From: Mobula hypostoma
Lineage: Eukaryota
Reading direction: 5' to 3'
Length of the DNA stretch: 64,000 nt
Assembly (NCBI RefSeq): GCF_963921235.1
Contig: NC_086108.1
Location: 74,960,001 to 75,024,000, forward strand
Part shown: positions 24,137-38,889 of the stretch, piece after piece
Layout: each line of letters opens with the position of its first letter
Position numbering within the stretch: the stretch's first letter is position 1
Notes under the pieces: model-generated
The model's input: the letters and a program-made list of their open reading frames with translations, nothing else
The model's database searches: none
What the model was told of the DNA's origin: nothing
Position numbers and translations under genes: made by a program

Positions 24137-27050
24137 CTGGAAATCTCAAATGATGCAAAAAGTTCTTCCCTGTCTTGTGACCACAGAACTAATACTTCCT
24201 GGGTGTTCACTGCAGCTGAAAAGGCTTCTGTGGAATAAACTTGTTTGAGGATCTTCCAACAGCCATTATGAGGAAGAGTAGACCATAGATTGATGGAAAA
24301 GCATCATTCTTCAGGATCATGAAGTAGAGTGGGATGCTGCTGATTATATAAGAGTGAAGGATATTAGAGAGATCAAAGGTGTAATTTTGAGAAAGGGATT
24401 GAGACCATTAGTTTTATAATAATGGAGAGGGAGATATGTAAAACATCATCGAGAGCCAGGGATGACAGGTTTAGAGGGAATAAGCCTAAGAGAGCAGCAG
24501 GTAGAATCTGATGAACAAACTAAGCTTTGAGAGTGCATGAGTCTAGATGAAGGGAGAAGCTGTAATGTAATAGGATAGGGCAAACTGTGAATTCTAACAC
24601 TTACCATTAGTCTGTGCTTTGTATGTTTGTAAACTGTAAATAAATGCATTATTTCCTTTCTCTGGCAAAATCTGATCAGAGATCCATCATTCTGAAACAC
24701 TGTGGTATCAGACTACATTAAATCTCATCCATGCTACAGCAATTAAAATGTTAGTTTTTCAAGTTTGAAAATTGAAAATGTGAATGCATGCCATGTTAGA
24801 GAACAGCTGTGTGCAGTTTGGAGTCAAACTTACAATAAGTTTAAATTACATACAATTTAAGTAATAGATAAGTTAAATTGCATGTCACTACATAATTATA
24901 AGAATTTCTGCTAAATTAATTTGAATTCTAGCCAACAAATCAGATTTGTGATGAATTCATCAGCTACAAATTGAGGGTAAATGGAATATAATTCATTATG
25001 ATTCAATTCATAAGTGAAATTGTACAATTTGTCCAAAATTACCTGTCAGACAAATTGACATTAAGTAGAAGGTGACTATATAAAATTAAAATCAAAAATG
25101 ACTAGAAATGGAATTTTCCTTTAAGGACAGCTTTCCCAAACCACTGTAGCACAAGTGGACTAAATAACTGGCAAATTCAAAGCATCACACGGAGTCTCAT
25201 ATCCTGAATCAATCACAGGGGAGAGAATTCACACAAGCAGCCTTCATAACTTCAAGTCAGTCATCACCCATATGTATCCTGTTGAAAACATTTCTATTGC
25301 ACTCTCTATTTTGCAAATAAGTAATGAAATACTGCAGGAGAAAAAACTTTACTAACAAAAAAAGACTTGGAATAAATGAGTTATTCAGCTGTTGGGTTTG
25401 TTTTGTATCACCATAGGAACTCAGATCATTATCTGCCTAGTCCACTTACAATACTGTATGCCAGCTATTCATCTTTAATCTTGAACCAGTTATCACATTG
25501 TGCTTGTGTACTGACTTGAGGTCACTGCTTGACTTTCATGATGAATTCAGATAAGGGGCTGACATTGGAGAACATGCTTCTTATTGTTGCCGTTTGACTG
25601 AACTTGGACGTCATCAACAAGACTGGCACTTATTCCCCATGACATAATTGGCCCTTAACAGATTGGCTTATTAGCCCATTTTAGAGATCAGCTCAAGATA
25701 GTCACTTTACTGCGATCCTGAAGCCTCAGGATAGCAGATTTCTCTTCCTGAAGGATATTAGTGAAACCAATGGCTTTCTTTAAAGAGTCATTATTACTGA
25801 ATATTTATTCTAAATATTTAACTAACTGAATTTAATCTCCCTGTCTCCCATGGTGGGATTTGAATTCATGTATTTGCAATATTAATCTTGATTTCTAGCC
25901 CAGTGCCTTAACCATCACAATTCTCTATCCATCTGTTAGGTACTAATAGAACTTATCATCGCATGCAGAATGTATTTGATTACGTGCATTTGACTCAAAT
26001 AATGAATTCTTTATTTAACGCAATTCAATGAAATAGTTGGGAAAAACTTGCAGTATCGGTACAGTAATAATCAAGTCAATAGAAATTAAACTTGGCTGAG
26101 AAAGGAAAAAGAAATAGTGCTTGACTACTGTCCTTGACTTTCAGGAATTCACATCAAAAGTTCACTGCGCAAAGTATTATGGATCTGGAGATTAAGAAGC
26201 ATTTGATAAAATCATGGGAAAATCACTTAGTCAAACTTAAATCTATGGAGTTTCAGGAGAAACCATGGACATTGATAGGGAACTAGTTAAAGCATAGAGA
26301 AGCAAACTACAGGCATAGAAGTTCTTTAGCACCCAGAAGCTATGCTAAATCAACAGTGGGTCAACAAATATATAATTAAAGGGCCCCTGAGTGTATTGTA
26401 CACGATGGGATGGGCTTTACTAAGTTAAAATAGTGAAAGATACTTCCTTTGCATTTTCTGCCATTATAAAAACTATCAGGAAGATAGGAATGGAATGGGA
26501 AGGTTTACGTCAGAACATTAACTCATAGATTGAGGACTTTAAAGCCTGTGTTATAGCATTTGGACAACACTAAGATGATAGGAGGGGATGATTGATGTGA
26601 TTGCCCACTGTTGGGAGAGGGCAGAATATAATGAGGGATTGCAGGTCTCCATGACCTCTTGAATAAGCTGCAGAGCACCCTTTCAAACAAACTCATTCAG
26701 CTCCGCTGTCACAAGGATTGTTACAGAAAATCTTTCTGGACCAAATGCAATAAGCATATACAACAGTGCATCTCTGTTTGGCAGGAGAGCACATATCATA
26801 GTACAATAGTCTCTTATTAATTTGTACATTATTATTACACATTAATGCAAATTATTGCACACTGGTAAATTATTATTCTGTGTATTATTATTCTGTAATA
26901 ATAAAGTAATAATAATAGTCAAGTCTGCACACTGCCAAGTGTGTTTTTAAATGTTGCTGCTGTACTGAAAGAATTTCCCACTTGGGATCAATGCAGCATT
27001 TATTATTATTATTATTATGGTGATGCTTGTAGATGGGGTCACACTTAGTA

Positions 27051-27470
27051 CACTCACTCAGCCACTTTATTAGGTGCTCCTGCTCATTAATGCAAATATC
27101 TAATCAGCCAATCATGTGTCATCAACTCAATGCATAAAAGCATGCAGACATGGTCAAAAGGTTCAGTTGTTGTTCAGACAAAACACCAGAATGGGGAAAA
27201 AATGTGATGTAAGTGACTTTGATTGTGGAATGACTGTTGGTGCCAGATGGGGTGGATTGACTATCTTGGAAACTGCTGATCTCCTGGGATTTTCATACAC
27301 TACAGAGTTTAGAGAGAATGATTTGGAAAACAAAACAAAAAAAAAAGACATCCAGTGAGTGGCATTTTAGTGGACAAAAATGCCTTGTTAATGAGACAGG
27401 TCAGAGGAGAATGGCCAGACTGGTTCAAGTTGACAGGAAGGTGACAGTACCTCAAATAACCATACATTAC
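27051..27470 (+). mobile_element. Tc1-like transposon 5' fragment
   Basis: TA|CACTCA...CCACTTTATTAGG terminus; MGKKCDVSDFDCGMTVGARWGGLTILETADLLGFS resembles the Tc1 transposase N-terminal HTH. Confidence 0.8.
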
Positions 27471-27826
27471 TTTAATTGTATTTGCATATCAATAAATTGT
27501 TTTCCTCAGCTTAAAAATTTATGTTACTCAAATATATATGATAACTATATGAATGATATGCTTTCTTCAATTTTATTATTTTTATAGCTAAAAATAAATT
27601 TTCAATAGATTCTAAAAATATGAATCTGTTTCTATTTTATAAATGATTTTGGTTCAGTTAAAAGTGCACTGGAGATTTTCCTATCAAATGCGTGCACTAC
27701 TACTTCCTGCTAAATTAATATTTCTGATTCATGAATAAAAACTTGTGTTGAATGTTATTCCCTTGATGACACTTTAATGTAATGGTTGCATGCCAGTACG
27801 AGCACATGGTGTGTGTAATCCAGGCA

Positions 27827-27913
27827 TCACAAGGGTGTGCCGTGGGGAAAGTATTCTTTATGGCGTATAGAATTCCTTTCTCTAGGACTTACAGTCCTCA
27901 CCTCATGAACTTT
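27827..27913 (-). CDS. Candidate terminal exon (KVHEVRTVSPRERNSIRHKEYFPHGTPL*)
   Basis: Strong acceptor ttcttaacatttttttgcag; minus-strand AATAAA at 27572-27577. Internal donor-like sites allow a microexon alternative. Confidence 0.3.
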   Translation of the reverse strand, partial: KVHEVRTVSPRERNSIRHKEYFPHGTPL

Positions 27914-29603
27914 CTGCAAAAAAATGTTAAGAATCATTATGTAGGATTGCAGGATATTAGATACAGGTTATGGTTTACTTATGTTTAAAGTTGCTATAAC
28001 TCAGTGAATATGCATTGAATGAATTATGAACTCTTGCAAACCCGCAAGATATCTGTCTGTTGTATTTGATGCCCAACTGTGCTATATAGTTTTGTGTAAG
28101 GCCGTGGAATACTATATTATTTCTTCACACATTTACATGTGATTATTATAAATTTAAGTTAAAGTTGTAATTTTTATTGCGCCAAGTACAAAAAAAGAAA
28201 TCAGTAATTGATATGGCTTCTCTTAAAGGGCATGGAGGTTTTGCTGCCATATTATAAAAATAAGAAATAATGTGAAAGTAACCATTGGAAATTATGGCTC
28301 CAAGTAAAAATTTAGAAATAGGAACATATCTGTTTGCTCATTAGTCAGTCCAGTTTCCCAAAAGTGTGTAATTAAGAAACTGCTTCCATTTTTATAGCTT
28401 CTTTCACAGGATGTTCCACTTCAAAATTTACTTCTTGAAATACAATCAAAATTGGAATATTGTGAAACCACTAAATTTTATCCACACAACAGGGTCCCAC
28501 AAACATTAATGAGATAATTGCCTAGAAATTGCACTGTTACCTTTTAATATTCACTGTTGCTGAAGAAGATGGCTCCAGCGACCAACACGACACGACCAAA
28601 GTCAACATCCTTCTCTCAGTTTACAAAACTACTTCTTTTACTTCTTCTACTTCCTTCTTCTTCTTCTCCTTTAAAATATTGATTATACTACGATTGGAAC
28701 CCGTGATTTACATTCTCACTCACTGCTACACCTGTCCTGGTATCTTCTGTCTTCTCCCAAGCCTCTCCATCATCAATTAAGTCAGAATCTCTGACACCCA
28801 TTTTGCTCACCTAAACCCAGCCACAGTACAGATTTGAGTGAGTGTGCTTCTTCCAGCCTTTGTGAATCTAGCACACTCTTGTGTGTACTAGAATTTCCAG
28901 GCTCGTGTGACCTAATTGAGGCACTCTCTTTTCTGTGGATATTTATTTGTTTCCAGTTTAACCGAACACTGTAAACCTTTGGATTCCTACACAAAGCCTA
29001 TTCCTGTAAACACTTCAAGTTTCATCAGTTAAAAGCTAGAAAAGGGAGCAATTCACTGGGTGATTGTTTCTGGAGCCTGTCTGTTCACAGTCTATATCAA
29101 TGATCTGAATGACAAAATCAGGTATAATATATTCAAGTCTGTTGGTGATACAAAGCTAATAGATCATTTATTTCTCAATCTTGCCCCACCATTCAACAAG
29201 ATCACGGCTGATCCTCTGCCTCAACACTATTTTCATTAACTTTACCTTGTTTGTTTAAATCTGCAGTAATCTATCAATTGTCATTTTTAAAGTAATTAAT
29301 GCTTAAGCCTCCTTAGCATTTAGGAATTACAAAGGTTCACTACCTTCTGACTAAATATATATTTACTTGTCTAAATTCTAAACAGCCTGTTCCTTATTTT
29401 GAGACTGTAACTGTCTATTCAGAGCTCCTCTATCAGGGGAAACATCCTTCATGCTTCTACTCTGTAAAGCCCTACTAGATTTTCATGTGTTTCAATGTGA
29501 TTATCTTATTTTCCTAAATTCCAGAGAACAGAGAACTATTTCTTCTCATGTACCTGATCCATTATACGAGGAACCAGACTGGAAAATCTTTGCTACAAGT
29601 ATA

Positions 29604-29843
29604 TAGTAGTCATAGTCATAGTCATACTTTATTGATCCCGGGGGAAATTGGTTTTCGTTACAGTTGCACCATAAATAATTAAATAGTAATAAAACCATAA
29701 ATAGTTAAATAGTAATATGTAAATTATGCCAGGAAATAAGTCCAGGCCCAGCCTATTGGCTCAGGGTCTCTGACCCTCCAAGGGAGGAGTTGTAAAGTTT
29801 GATGGCCACAGGCAGGAATGACTTCCTATGGTGCTCTGTGTTG
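29604..29843 (-). mobile_element. Rex1/Babar 3' fragment with (CTATGA)n tail
   Basis: Near-identical to 3386-3640. Confidence 0.85.
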
Positions 29844-30399
29844 TATCCCTTCCTAGAAAAGAGAAGATTAAAATGGTTTACAATTTTTAATGTGGTCTCG
29901 CCAAGGGCTCATATTATTGCAAAAGGACTCCTTACTTCTACTATCAAACCCTTTTCCAATTAAAAGCCCAACAGGTCATTTGCCTTCCTAACTATGACAT
30001 ATATTTTGTTTAATATAAATGTTGAAATGACTGCAAATTAATCTGGAGTCTCGTTATGGTGGGCCATAATCTAAAATTTAAGATGGCTTTTTGTGGAATA
30101 AGAGGGGGGCAGGAAATATAACCTGATCGCTGATGATGGTTCTGAATTTTCTTACACCTCGCCAATTATAATATTGTATATATTAATTACTTTTTACGAA
30201 AGGTCAATTGGGATCAATCAGCAAATGAAAGCAATATTTACTGTGGCTGTCAAAACCGACAAACCACTACAAAGGTTTCCAAAACCAAAACTGACTGAGT
30301 ATCATCCCTTCAGCTACTCTTTCCAACTTTCCAATTTTCTGATTAATTGTTATTGTTTTCCCTCTATCCCCAGTTCCCAAAACAATGACACTTCCTTGG

Positions 30400-32100
30400 A
30401 AAAGGTCGAGAAAGAAATCTAGTTGTAGCAAATCAGCTTTAATAAATGACCTCAGAGTAAAAGGATGTAGTGATCAGTACATATTGGAATTTTGTGTTCA
30501 GCTTGAGAATGAAAAAATTCGGTCAGAAACCACTCTGTTGAACAGGAGTTACAAAAAAAGAAGACTGAAGTGCACTAAACAAAAAGATTAGCACATAAGA
30601 CAATATACAAGGAACAATGGATACTGAAGGAGATAGGCAAAGCCTGAATCCTTGCAATATCACATTCTGATGAAGGGAACTATTTCAGCTGAGGGAATGT
30701 GGAGTGGTGGGAGGTGCTTCGGAAAAATCAACCAATTATGGCTAACCAAAGAAGGATAAGGAGGGTTAATGCTAGGCCCAAATATTAATGCTAGAAAATA
30801 GCAAAAACAATCAAGAAAGAGAAAATAACCAATGAGAGCAAATTTGGGACACATTGCTCTGGGGATAGGAACTTTAGTTTGGATCTCCAAATATTAGGGC
30901 TGGATTTTATTTCAGTAACAGATAATTTGAGGAAAAGAGTACAAGGTTAACATAGACCCCTTAAAATGAGGCTGGTAAACAGTTATAGGGTACAAGAAAG
31001 TAGCAGAGCAGTTAAACAGTTTTTTTGCATCAGTTTTTATGATGGAAAATGCATCAAAAATCATATTGATTATTGAATATACAGAGGAGGCATAAAATCC
31101 TTTCACCATTACTGGAGAGTTAGTAATGAGACTAAAGGCTGATAACTCACCAGGGCCAGATAGTTTATATACCCAGATGCTAAATGAATTGGCTTCAGAC
31201 AAAATGGACACAGTGGTTGTGATCTTCCAAAATTCCCTAGATTCCAGAGAGTCCAAGAGAAAACTGCCAATGTGATACTTTTATTCAGAAGTTAAGGACA
31301 TAAATATCGTATAACTATAGGCCAGTTAGCCTAATGTTTTTCACTGGAAAATATGATAATTAATGATTAAGACGATAATAGAAGAATACATGGAGAATCG
31401 CAGTTTTAGTAAGTGAAGTCAGAAAGACTTTATGAGGCAGAAATAACGTCCAACAATTTTATCAGCATTCTCTGAGGAATTACCTGCCGGAATGGATAGA
31501 AAGGAGCTTGTTGAGATAATATATTTGTATTTTCAGAAAATGTCTTACTAGGTGACACACAAAAGATTGGAAGATGGTGTATGAACATGGATAGAGAACT
31601 GCTAACTGAGAGGAATAATAGCTCAGTTTCAGGTTGCAACCTGCAAACGAATTCGTGGCCATAATATAAGGAACACAGAAAGCTTGCAGGTAATTGAGAA
31701 GACTAAAAGGATTCTAATTTTTTATTCAAGGGGATTGCAATATAAATGTAAGGAAGTCTTACCACACCTATACAAGACACTAGTGAGACCTCTTCTAGAG
31801 TAGTTTGCAAAGGGGTTTGGTCCTCTTCTTTAAGGAAAGATATATTATCTTTGAAGGCAATTCAAAAAAGGTTCACTGGGATGGTCCCAGGTAACGTTGT
31901 GAGGAAGAGCCATGCAGGTGGAGTCTGCTGTATACTCCATGGAATTTAGAAACTGAAAGGCAATCATATTGAAAGATGGAATATTCTTCGGGGGCTTGTC
32001 AGAATAAATACTGGAAAGATGAAGAAGAGTCTAAAACATTTTTTGAAGGCTGAAATGTGGAAAAGTAATGCACTTCTTTTTTTCTGCTTATGATTTTATG
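30400..32100 (+). mobile_element. Old, heavily decayed CR1-clade ORF2
   Basis: Residual motifs, e.g. aactataggccagttagccta (NYRPVSL) at ~31312, and a CR1-like 3' region. Confidence 0.65.
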
Positions 32101-34741
32101 GTCAATTGAAAGCTGTCAAAAATTTTGCTTCAATAGGAGGTAAAACAATGGAAATAAAAAATGTAGATGCTGGAAATCTGAAATAACAACAGAACATGCT
32201 GGAAACATACAGCAGATCAGTCAGCATCTGATCTGGAAAGAGAAACAGATTAACATTTCAGGTTGAAGACTTTTCATCAGAATTGGGAAAGGGAGATGAA
32301 AAGAAACATAGCTGAACAAAAACCAACTTGTTCTCTCTTTCTCTCAGTTGTCAAACATTTCCAGCACTTGCTGCTTTAGTTTCAGGTGGGAATAGTGACA
32401 AGAGGTGCTAAAATTAAAATTATTTGAAGTAGTTACTAATGATAAAGGTAATCCACACAAATTTGGTGTCCTCTTTGTCCCAATGTACATGCTATAATAG
32501 AATACTTGATGAATATCTCAATAACTCTAAGGAGCCAAATAACATCTGTACTGCTAATGAGAAAATGAACATTTTTTGTGCACTGCAATAAGCAAATTCT
32601 GGATAGAAATTTGGCAATATATCAATACTCATAAACATCTGTTGCCTTTGCTGCACTGTTTAGATTGTTCAACTTAATGGTTCCTGATCTTCTGAGTCAA
32701 TATATGATTTAGTGCTGAAAACAAATTATCATGGTACTTATAAACTAAACACAGATTGTTGGACTGAGTTATAATGCAATCAGTACTGTGATGATGCCAG
32801 AATATTTCATCAGATACACAAACTTACGCAATCTTAAAAGTACTTTGAAACTTTTGAATGTTTGTGGTTTCTTCTGATGTAGAGATGAGGTGGAATAAAA
32901 CACAAGCTTGAAAGGTTTTGTAATACTGAGTTATAGAAAACTCATGCGCTTTAATTGCTGGCAAAGTAATAGCTTTCTGTTAATTATATCTTATACATTT
33001 TATGAACCCCATTTCTCATGGGTCCATTTTCTCAGTGCTGACTTCTGGCTCTGATCTCATAATATTCACAAGGGCTTGTGGTGGGGGGGCAATGCTGAAG
33101 GGGAGTGGATCTTCTGCAGTTTGCAGATGCGTTGGCAGTGTCTATCTGTTGTGAAGAATGCAAACACCAATTGGAGGGTAGCAAATTGAAGGTAAATATA
33201 AAGGTAACATATGTAAGAAAGGATGCTGTAATGAGCCATTCATTGCTTGAACCTGCTTCTCTGTTCAATAACAACATGGCTGATCCTTTGGCCTTAAGTA
33301 GACGTTCTCCACCTGGTACCTATGATGGATGAAAGAAGTACCAGATAAAATAAATCACTTCTTTAATATTTATAATTCTGTGAGGTAATGGAACTGAAAG
33401 AATGCAAGAAAAAAGATATAGTTATACAAAAGGGCAACTGCAGATAAGAAAATAGTCTTAAGAATTTGGTAAGATTCCAAATGGATAAAGGACCAGTCCC
33501 AAATGGCAGACAGTCTAGAATGTGTTGGGATGTAAAGAAAAAAACATTTCAATCCTGCTGTTGGATATGGATACTGAATTATAGGATTGAGGGAATTTCA
33601 ATTAAATATCTTTGCTTACAAACTAGTGACTGATTAATCTAAAATTTGTGATAGTCAAACATCTGGGGCAATCATAGTCGATAGTATACGTGCAGCTTAG
33701 ATACTTTACTTACAAGCAATCATTGATAATTTATGAAAAGTAGATCATTATATTTTAATAGACTTCTTTGAAAATTAAGCAACAAAGATTTTGGGGTTAT
33801 GAATTTTCTAAACAGGTTTAATAAGTTTGTTGACAAATTAAGTGTACAGTGTTAAAAAGTGTAGTGGTATTGATAAATAATTGGTTTAAGGACGCAAACC
33901 AGAGCTGCATTGTTACCAGTTTTTGATAGACTAAAAACATAACCAGTGTAACCAGTGCAATTTTAAGGGGGTCAACAGGAACAGTAATAAATGTCGGCCC
34001 TTCAACTTACATCTATTTGCCAAGGGCCATGATGACTTGGATGGTTAGATTTTATTCTTGTATCTTGTACTTGGCCTCATCTTATTATATGCCCCTAATA
34101 CTACCATTTCTCTATCACTTCCCCAATTCCTGTCTCATCCCTCACCCATATCCCATCAACTAACCAGCACAAAATACCAATCTGCAGATTTAAAAAATTG
34201 GAGAGTTCTGTTTCAGATTATAAAAGAACACTGTGTTCTGCATTTTCTTCCATCACGCATATGTTTTACATAAACTAATTATGCTTTTTCAAAACTGCCA
34301 GATGTCCAAGCCCAGTTAAATTCTTGTACCTAAATTAATTATCTTTAGTGTCAAAGCTATGATGTCAATGATACCCCAAATGAATTAAATAGGAAAGCTT
34401 TCATCTTTAAGGAACATATTTTTCAACAGAATTTTGGCAATTTTTTTTCTTCCTTTCCATTTTTTTCTTTCCTCATCCCTCCAGCAGCAATGGGGTCATG
34501 CTAAGAATGGAAGCAGCTGTACTTATTAGCAACTTAAAGCACTGGAAAGAACTCTGCGGCTAGTAAAGAATTCTGAACAACTGCTGTTTTCATGTAAGCA
34601 CCACCATTGTCAATTAGCGCACAAGGTTCCATAAACAACAAATAGGATGAATAATAAATGAATCCCTTTTGCTATGCTGATTTAGAAGGGGATGTTGGTT
34701 ATGGAAGGACACAAGAAGAAGCAAAACCAGTTATGTGGTCC

Positions 34742-35389
34742 ATACGAATTGACAATAAACTGGATTGGTCAAAGAACACTGAGGCTGTCTACAACAAGGG
34801 TCAGAGCCGTCTCTATTTCCTGAGGAGACTGAGGTCCTTTAACATCTGCCGGACGATGCTGAGGATGTTCTATGAGTCTGTGGTGGCCAGTGCTATCATG
34901 TTTGCTGTTTTGTGTTGGGCCAGCAGGCTGAGGGTAGCAGACACCAACAGAATCAACAAATTCATTCCTAAGGCCAGTGATGTTGTGGGGATGGAACTGG
35001 ACTCTCTGACAGTGGTGTCTGAAAAGAGGACGCTGTCTAAGTTGCATGCCATCTTGGGCAATGTCTCCCATCCACTACATAATGTACTGGGTGGGTACAG
35101 GAGTACATTCAGCCAGAGACTCATTCCACCGAGATGCAACACAGAGCGTCATAGGAAGTCATTCCTGCCTGTGGCCATCAAACTTTACAACTCCTCCTTT
35201 GGAGGGTCAGACACCCTGAGCCAATAGGCTGGTCCTGGACTTATTTCATAATTTACTGGCATAATTTACATATTACTATTTAACTATTTATGGTTCTATT
35301 ACTATTTATTATTTATGGTGCAACTGTAACGAAAACCAATTTCCCCCGGGATCAATAAAGTATGACTATGACTATGACTATGACTATGA
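34742..35389 (+). mobile_element. Rex1/Babar 3' fragment with (CTATGA)n tail
   Basis: ORF 34658-35227 (IDNKLDWSKNTEAVYNKGQSRLYFLRRLRSF) is the same family as 3386-4634. Confidence 0.9.
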
Positions 35390-36344
35390 AACATGCTCTG
35401 CTATTCCACTTATGATTTGCTGATGTAAATGCCGTACTTAAGACCATTTTCCTACCTGAACCCCATTTATTTTAATTTTGCAGTTTATTATTGTGAAATG
35501 TACCGAGGTGTAGTGAAAAACTTGTCATACATCCTGATCTTATAGATCAATTCATTACAACAGTGTATTGAAGTAATACAATGTAAAATAATAATGGAGT
35601 GCAGAATAAATTGTTATAGTTACAGAGAAAGAGCGCTGCAGGTAGACAATAAGATGCAAGGTCATAATGAGGTAGATTGAGCTTAGGAGTCCATATTTTA
35701 AATTCCGAAGTATTTCAGCCTTGAGAAGTTTGCTCTCAATTGATTCATTTATTTTTTATTCATTCGTTTCTCAGGATATGGCCATTGGTGACAAGGCCAT
35801 TATTTTTTGCCCTTTCCTAGTTGCCAAATAGATTTGCCCAGCATCAGTAAATTTAATCCATTCAAGCAATTACTCCTTTCATCATTTTTTTTGCAGCCAT
35901 TGGGGTTGAGGATGACTTACTTCCATTTTGGTTTTGTGGGTTCTTAAAAAGCCAATCAGGGGACCACAAACTCATTCACAGATGGGCATTTGGTGGCTAA
36001 TAGGATTGGCAGGCGGGTAGTTTGTGAGGTGTTGTGTTCCTCCAGCTGTTCAAGCCTTTGTGAGCTCCCGATTTATGACCACAAGGCTCTCAATACCATC
36101 CTGAGTTCCCTTTCTCTACCACGAACAGTCATAGGTCAGAGTTCCCCAGAAACAGTGGGATGTTTAAAATTTTAATGTCATTTCCTGTACACAAGGGTAA
36201 AGGAGAATGAAATAATAGTTACTCCAGATCTGATGTTGCATATAAAAACACACTGAGGTAAGGAACACAATAATAAAAAACACAATAAATATAAATACAT
36301 AAGATGGTCCTGCTTCTTCTTGTTACATAACCAACATCCCATTC

Positions 36345-37730
36345 TGTACACAGATAGACTGTGCCGATCAGCTGGCTGTACTGTTCATTGAGATCTTTAA
36401 TTTTTCACTTTGGCAGTGTGTGGTACCCTCCTGCTTCATGCAGTCTTCAGTTATACTGGTGCCCAAGAGGAGGGTGGTAACCTGCCTCAGTGACTATCAC
36501 CCAGTAGCACCTACATCCACAGTGATGAAGTGTTTTGAGAGGTTGGTGTTGAAACATTTCAACTTCTGCCTGAGAAGCTACTTAGATCAGCTCCAATTTG
36601 CCTACTGGAGCAACAGTTCCACAGCATCTCATTGATTCATCACTCAATTTTGGAACATCTGGACATCAAAGATGCATACATCTGGATGCTCATTATTGAT
36701 TACAGCTCAGCATTCTGTACCTTCATCCCGCAAAACTAATCAATAAGTTCCAAGACCTTTGCCTCAATACCTTCTTGTGCAATTGCTTCCTGGATTTCCT
36801 CACTTGCAGACCCCAGTTATTTCCAATTGGCAACAACATCTCCTCCACGATCTCCATCAGCACAGCTGCACCACAAGGCTTTGTGCTTAGGCCCCTGCTC
36901 TTCTCTCTTTACTCTTATGACTGTATGGCCAAGCACAGCTTCAACGCCATCCTCAGATTTTCTGAGGACACCATTGTCATAGGCTGAATCAAAGATCGTG
37001 ATGAATCAGCATTTAGGAGGAAATTGAAAATATGTCTGAGCAGTGCCACAACAACAATGTCCTACTCAATGTCAGCAAGAGCAAGGAACTGATTATTGAC
37101 CTCAGGAAAAGGAAACCAGAGAAACCAGACAAACTTCTAGAGATGTGTCGTGGAGAATATATTAATTGGCTGCATCACAGTAATGCCCCCTGAATGGAAA
37201 ATATTACAAAAAGTAGTGGATATGGCCCAGTCCATCATGCTTAAAGCCCTCCCATCCATTGAGCACACCTACGTGAAGCGCTGATGCAGGAAAGCAGTAT
37301 CCATCACCAGAGACCATCACCACCCAGGATATGTTCTCTTCTCAGCACTGCCATCGGGAAGAAGGTATAGGGTCCTCACACCGTCAGGTTCAGGAACAGT
37401 TACTATCCCTCAACTATCAGGCTCTTGATCTAAAGGGGATACCTTCACTCAGCTTCACTTGTTCCATCATAGAAATGTTCCCACAACCAATGAACACACT
37501 TTGAAGGACTCTTCCTCTCATGTTCTCAATACTTATTGCTTATTTGTTTATTATTATTATTATTTCTTTCGTTAAGTATTTGCAGTTTGTTGTTTTTGGT
37601 TGGACACCGAAGATGGTGTGACCTTTCATTGATTCTGTTGTGGTTATTATTCTATAGATTTATTGAGTATACCCACAAGAAGATGAAACTCAGGGTTGTA
37701 TATGGTAATAAATTTACTTTGAACTTTGAT
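36345..37730 (+). mobile_element. Degenerate Rex1/Babar LINE
   Basis: CLSDYHPVAPTSTVMKCFERL, DQLQFAY, APQGFVLRPLLF and RFSEDT motifs. Confidence 0.85.
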
Positions 37731-37750
37731 TATATGTATACAAGGTGATG

Positions 37751-38400
37751 CTAGGTACAGTACTGTCTATACATAAGGTGATTCTGACAGAAAATGATAA
37801 AGTAGTGGTGATGGTTTAGAGGGCGGAGGTGTTGATCAGCTTCACTACTTGCCGAAAGTAACTGGTTTTGAGTTTGGTGGTCCTGACATGGCTGCTGTGT
37901 AGCCTCCTCCCTGATGGTAGCGGAACAAACAGACCATGAGCAGGATATGTGAGATCTTTTATGATATGGCTGGCCTTTTTCTGCTACCTGTCTATATATA
38001 TGTCGTTGATGGCAGATAGGCTGGTACTGGCTGACACATTGGCTACCTGTTGGCCACAATGCAGTTTCAGTACCATGCAGGAATGCAGCATGTTAGGATG
38101 ATCTCCACTGCACATCTGTGGAAGGTCGTGACTATTGATATGCATTGTCCAGCTCTTTTCAGTCTTCTCAGGAAGTAGAGCCACTTGTGGACTTTCATGA
38201 TTGCGTAGGATGTGTTCTGGGACCATGAGAGGTTAAGCTAGATGCGCACTCCTAGGAGATTGAAACTGCTGTGTCACCAATGCAAAGAGGAGCGTGGGTG
38301 GTGCGATTTCTCCTGAAGTTGATAACCATTCTTTTGTCTTAATGATATTACGAAAGAGGTTATTTGTTTGGCACCAGGCCTCGAGCTCTTCTACCTCTTC
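37751..38400 (-). mobile_element. Degenerate Rex1/Babar 3' fragment
   Basis: Rex1-like RT C-terminal remnant on the minus strand. Confidence 0.65.
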
Positions 38401-38889
38401 ATGGGGATTCTGCTGTCCCTCTGCACTTGGGTCCAGTCATCCAAGAGCATACCATTACAGTGGCAGTTGAAGAAGTAGTTGAGTCCTATAGTGATTAAAG
38501 CCAGGAATTAGATGAATGTAAAGATCAAGGAAAGAAGACCTGGAAGTGGTTGCAGTGATAGAGAGACCAGGGTACTGAAGAATTTAAAACATGTATGAAG
38601 TTTTTAAAGTGTCGGCGTTTTCTAAGCAGAGGAAATTTTGGGGGTCCTGCTGATATGCTGATATTCTACTAATTTGGATTGAACTCTTTTTATTTGCTTC
38701 TAATCCCTGATGCAACAACAAATCATATTAAATTAATGCTGAATAGTCTGCACAGAGAACTAGAGGAAATTAAAATCAGAAGAGTAGCACTGGTTTAAAT
38801 GGGTGCTTGATGATTAGCATGTACTCAGTGGGCTGAAGGGCTTGATTCCATGATATATGACTCCGGCTGTATCGCATAGAGATTTATAC

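Noticed and set aside
28688..28810. Minus-strand terminal-exon-like ORF VSKMGVRDSD...ENVNHGFQS*
   Set aside because: Weak acceptor that reads equally well as a donor (AG|GTGAG); its 3' end abuts or overlaps a repeat-like segment; no recognisable homology.
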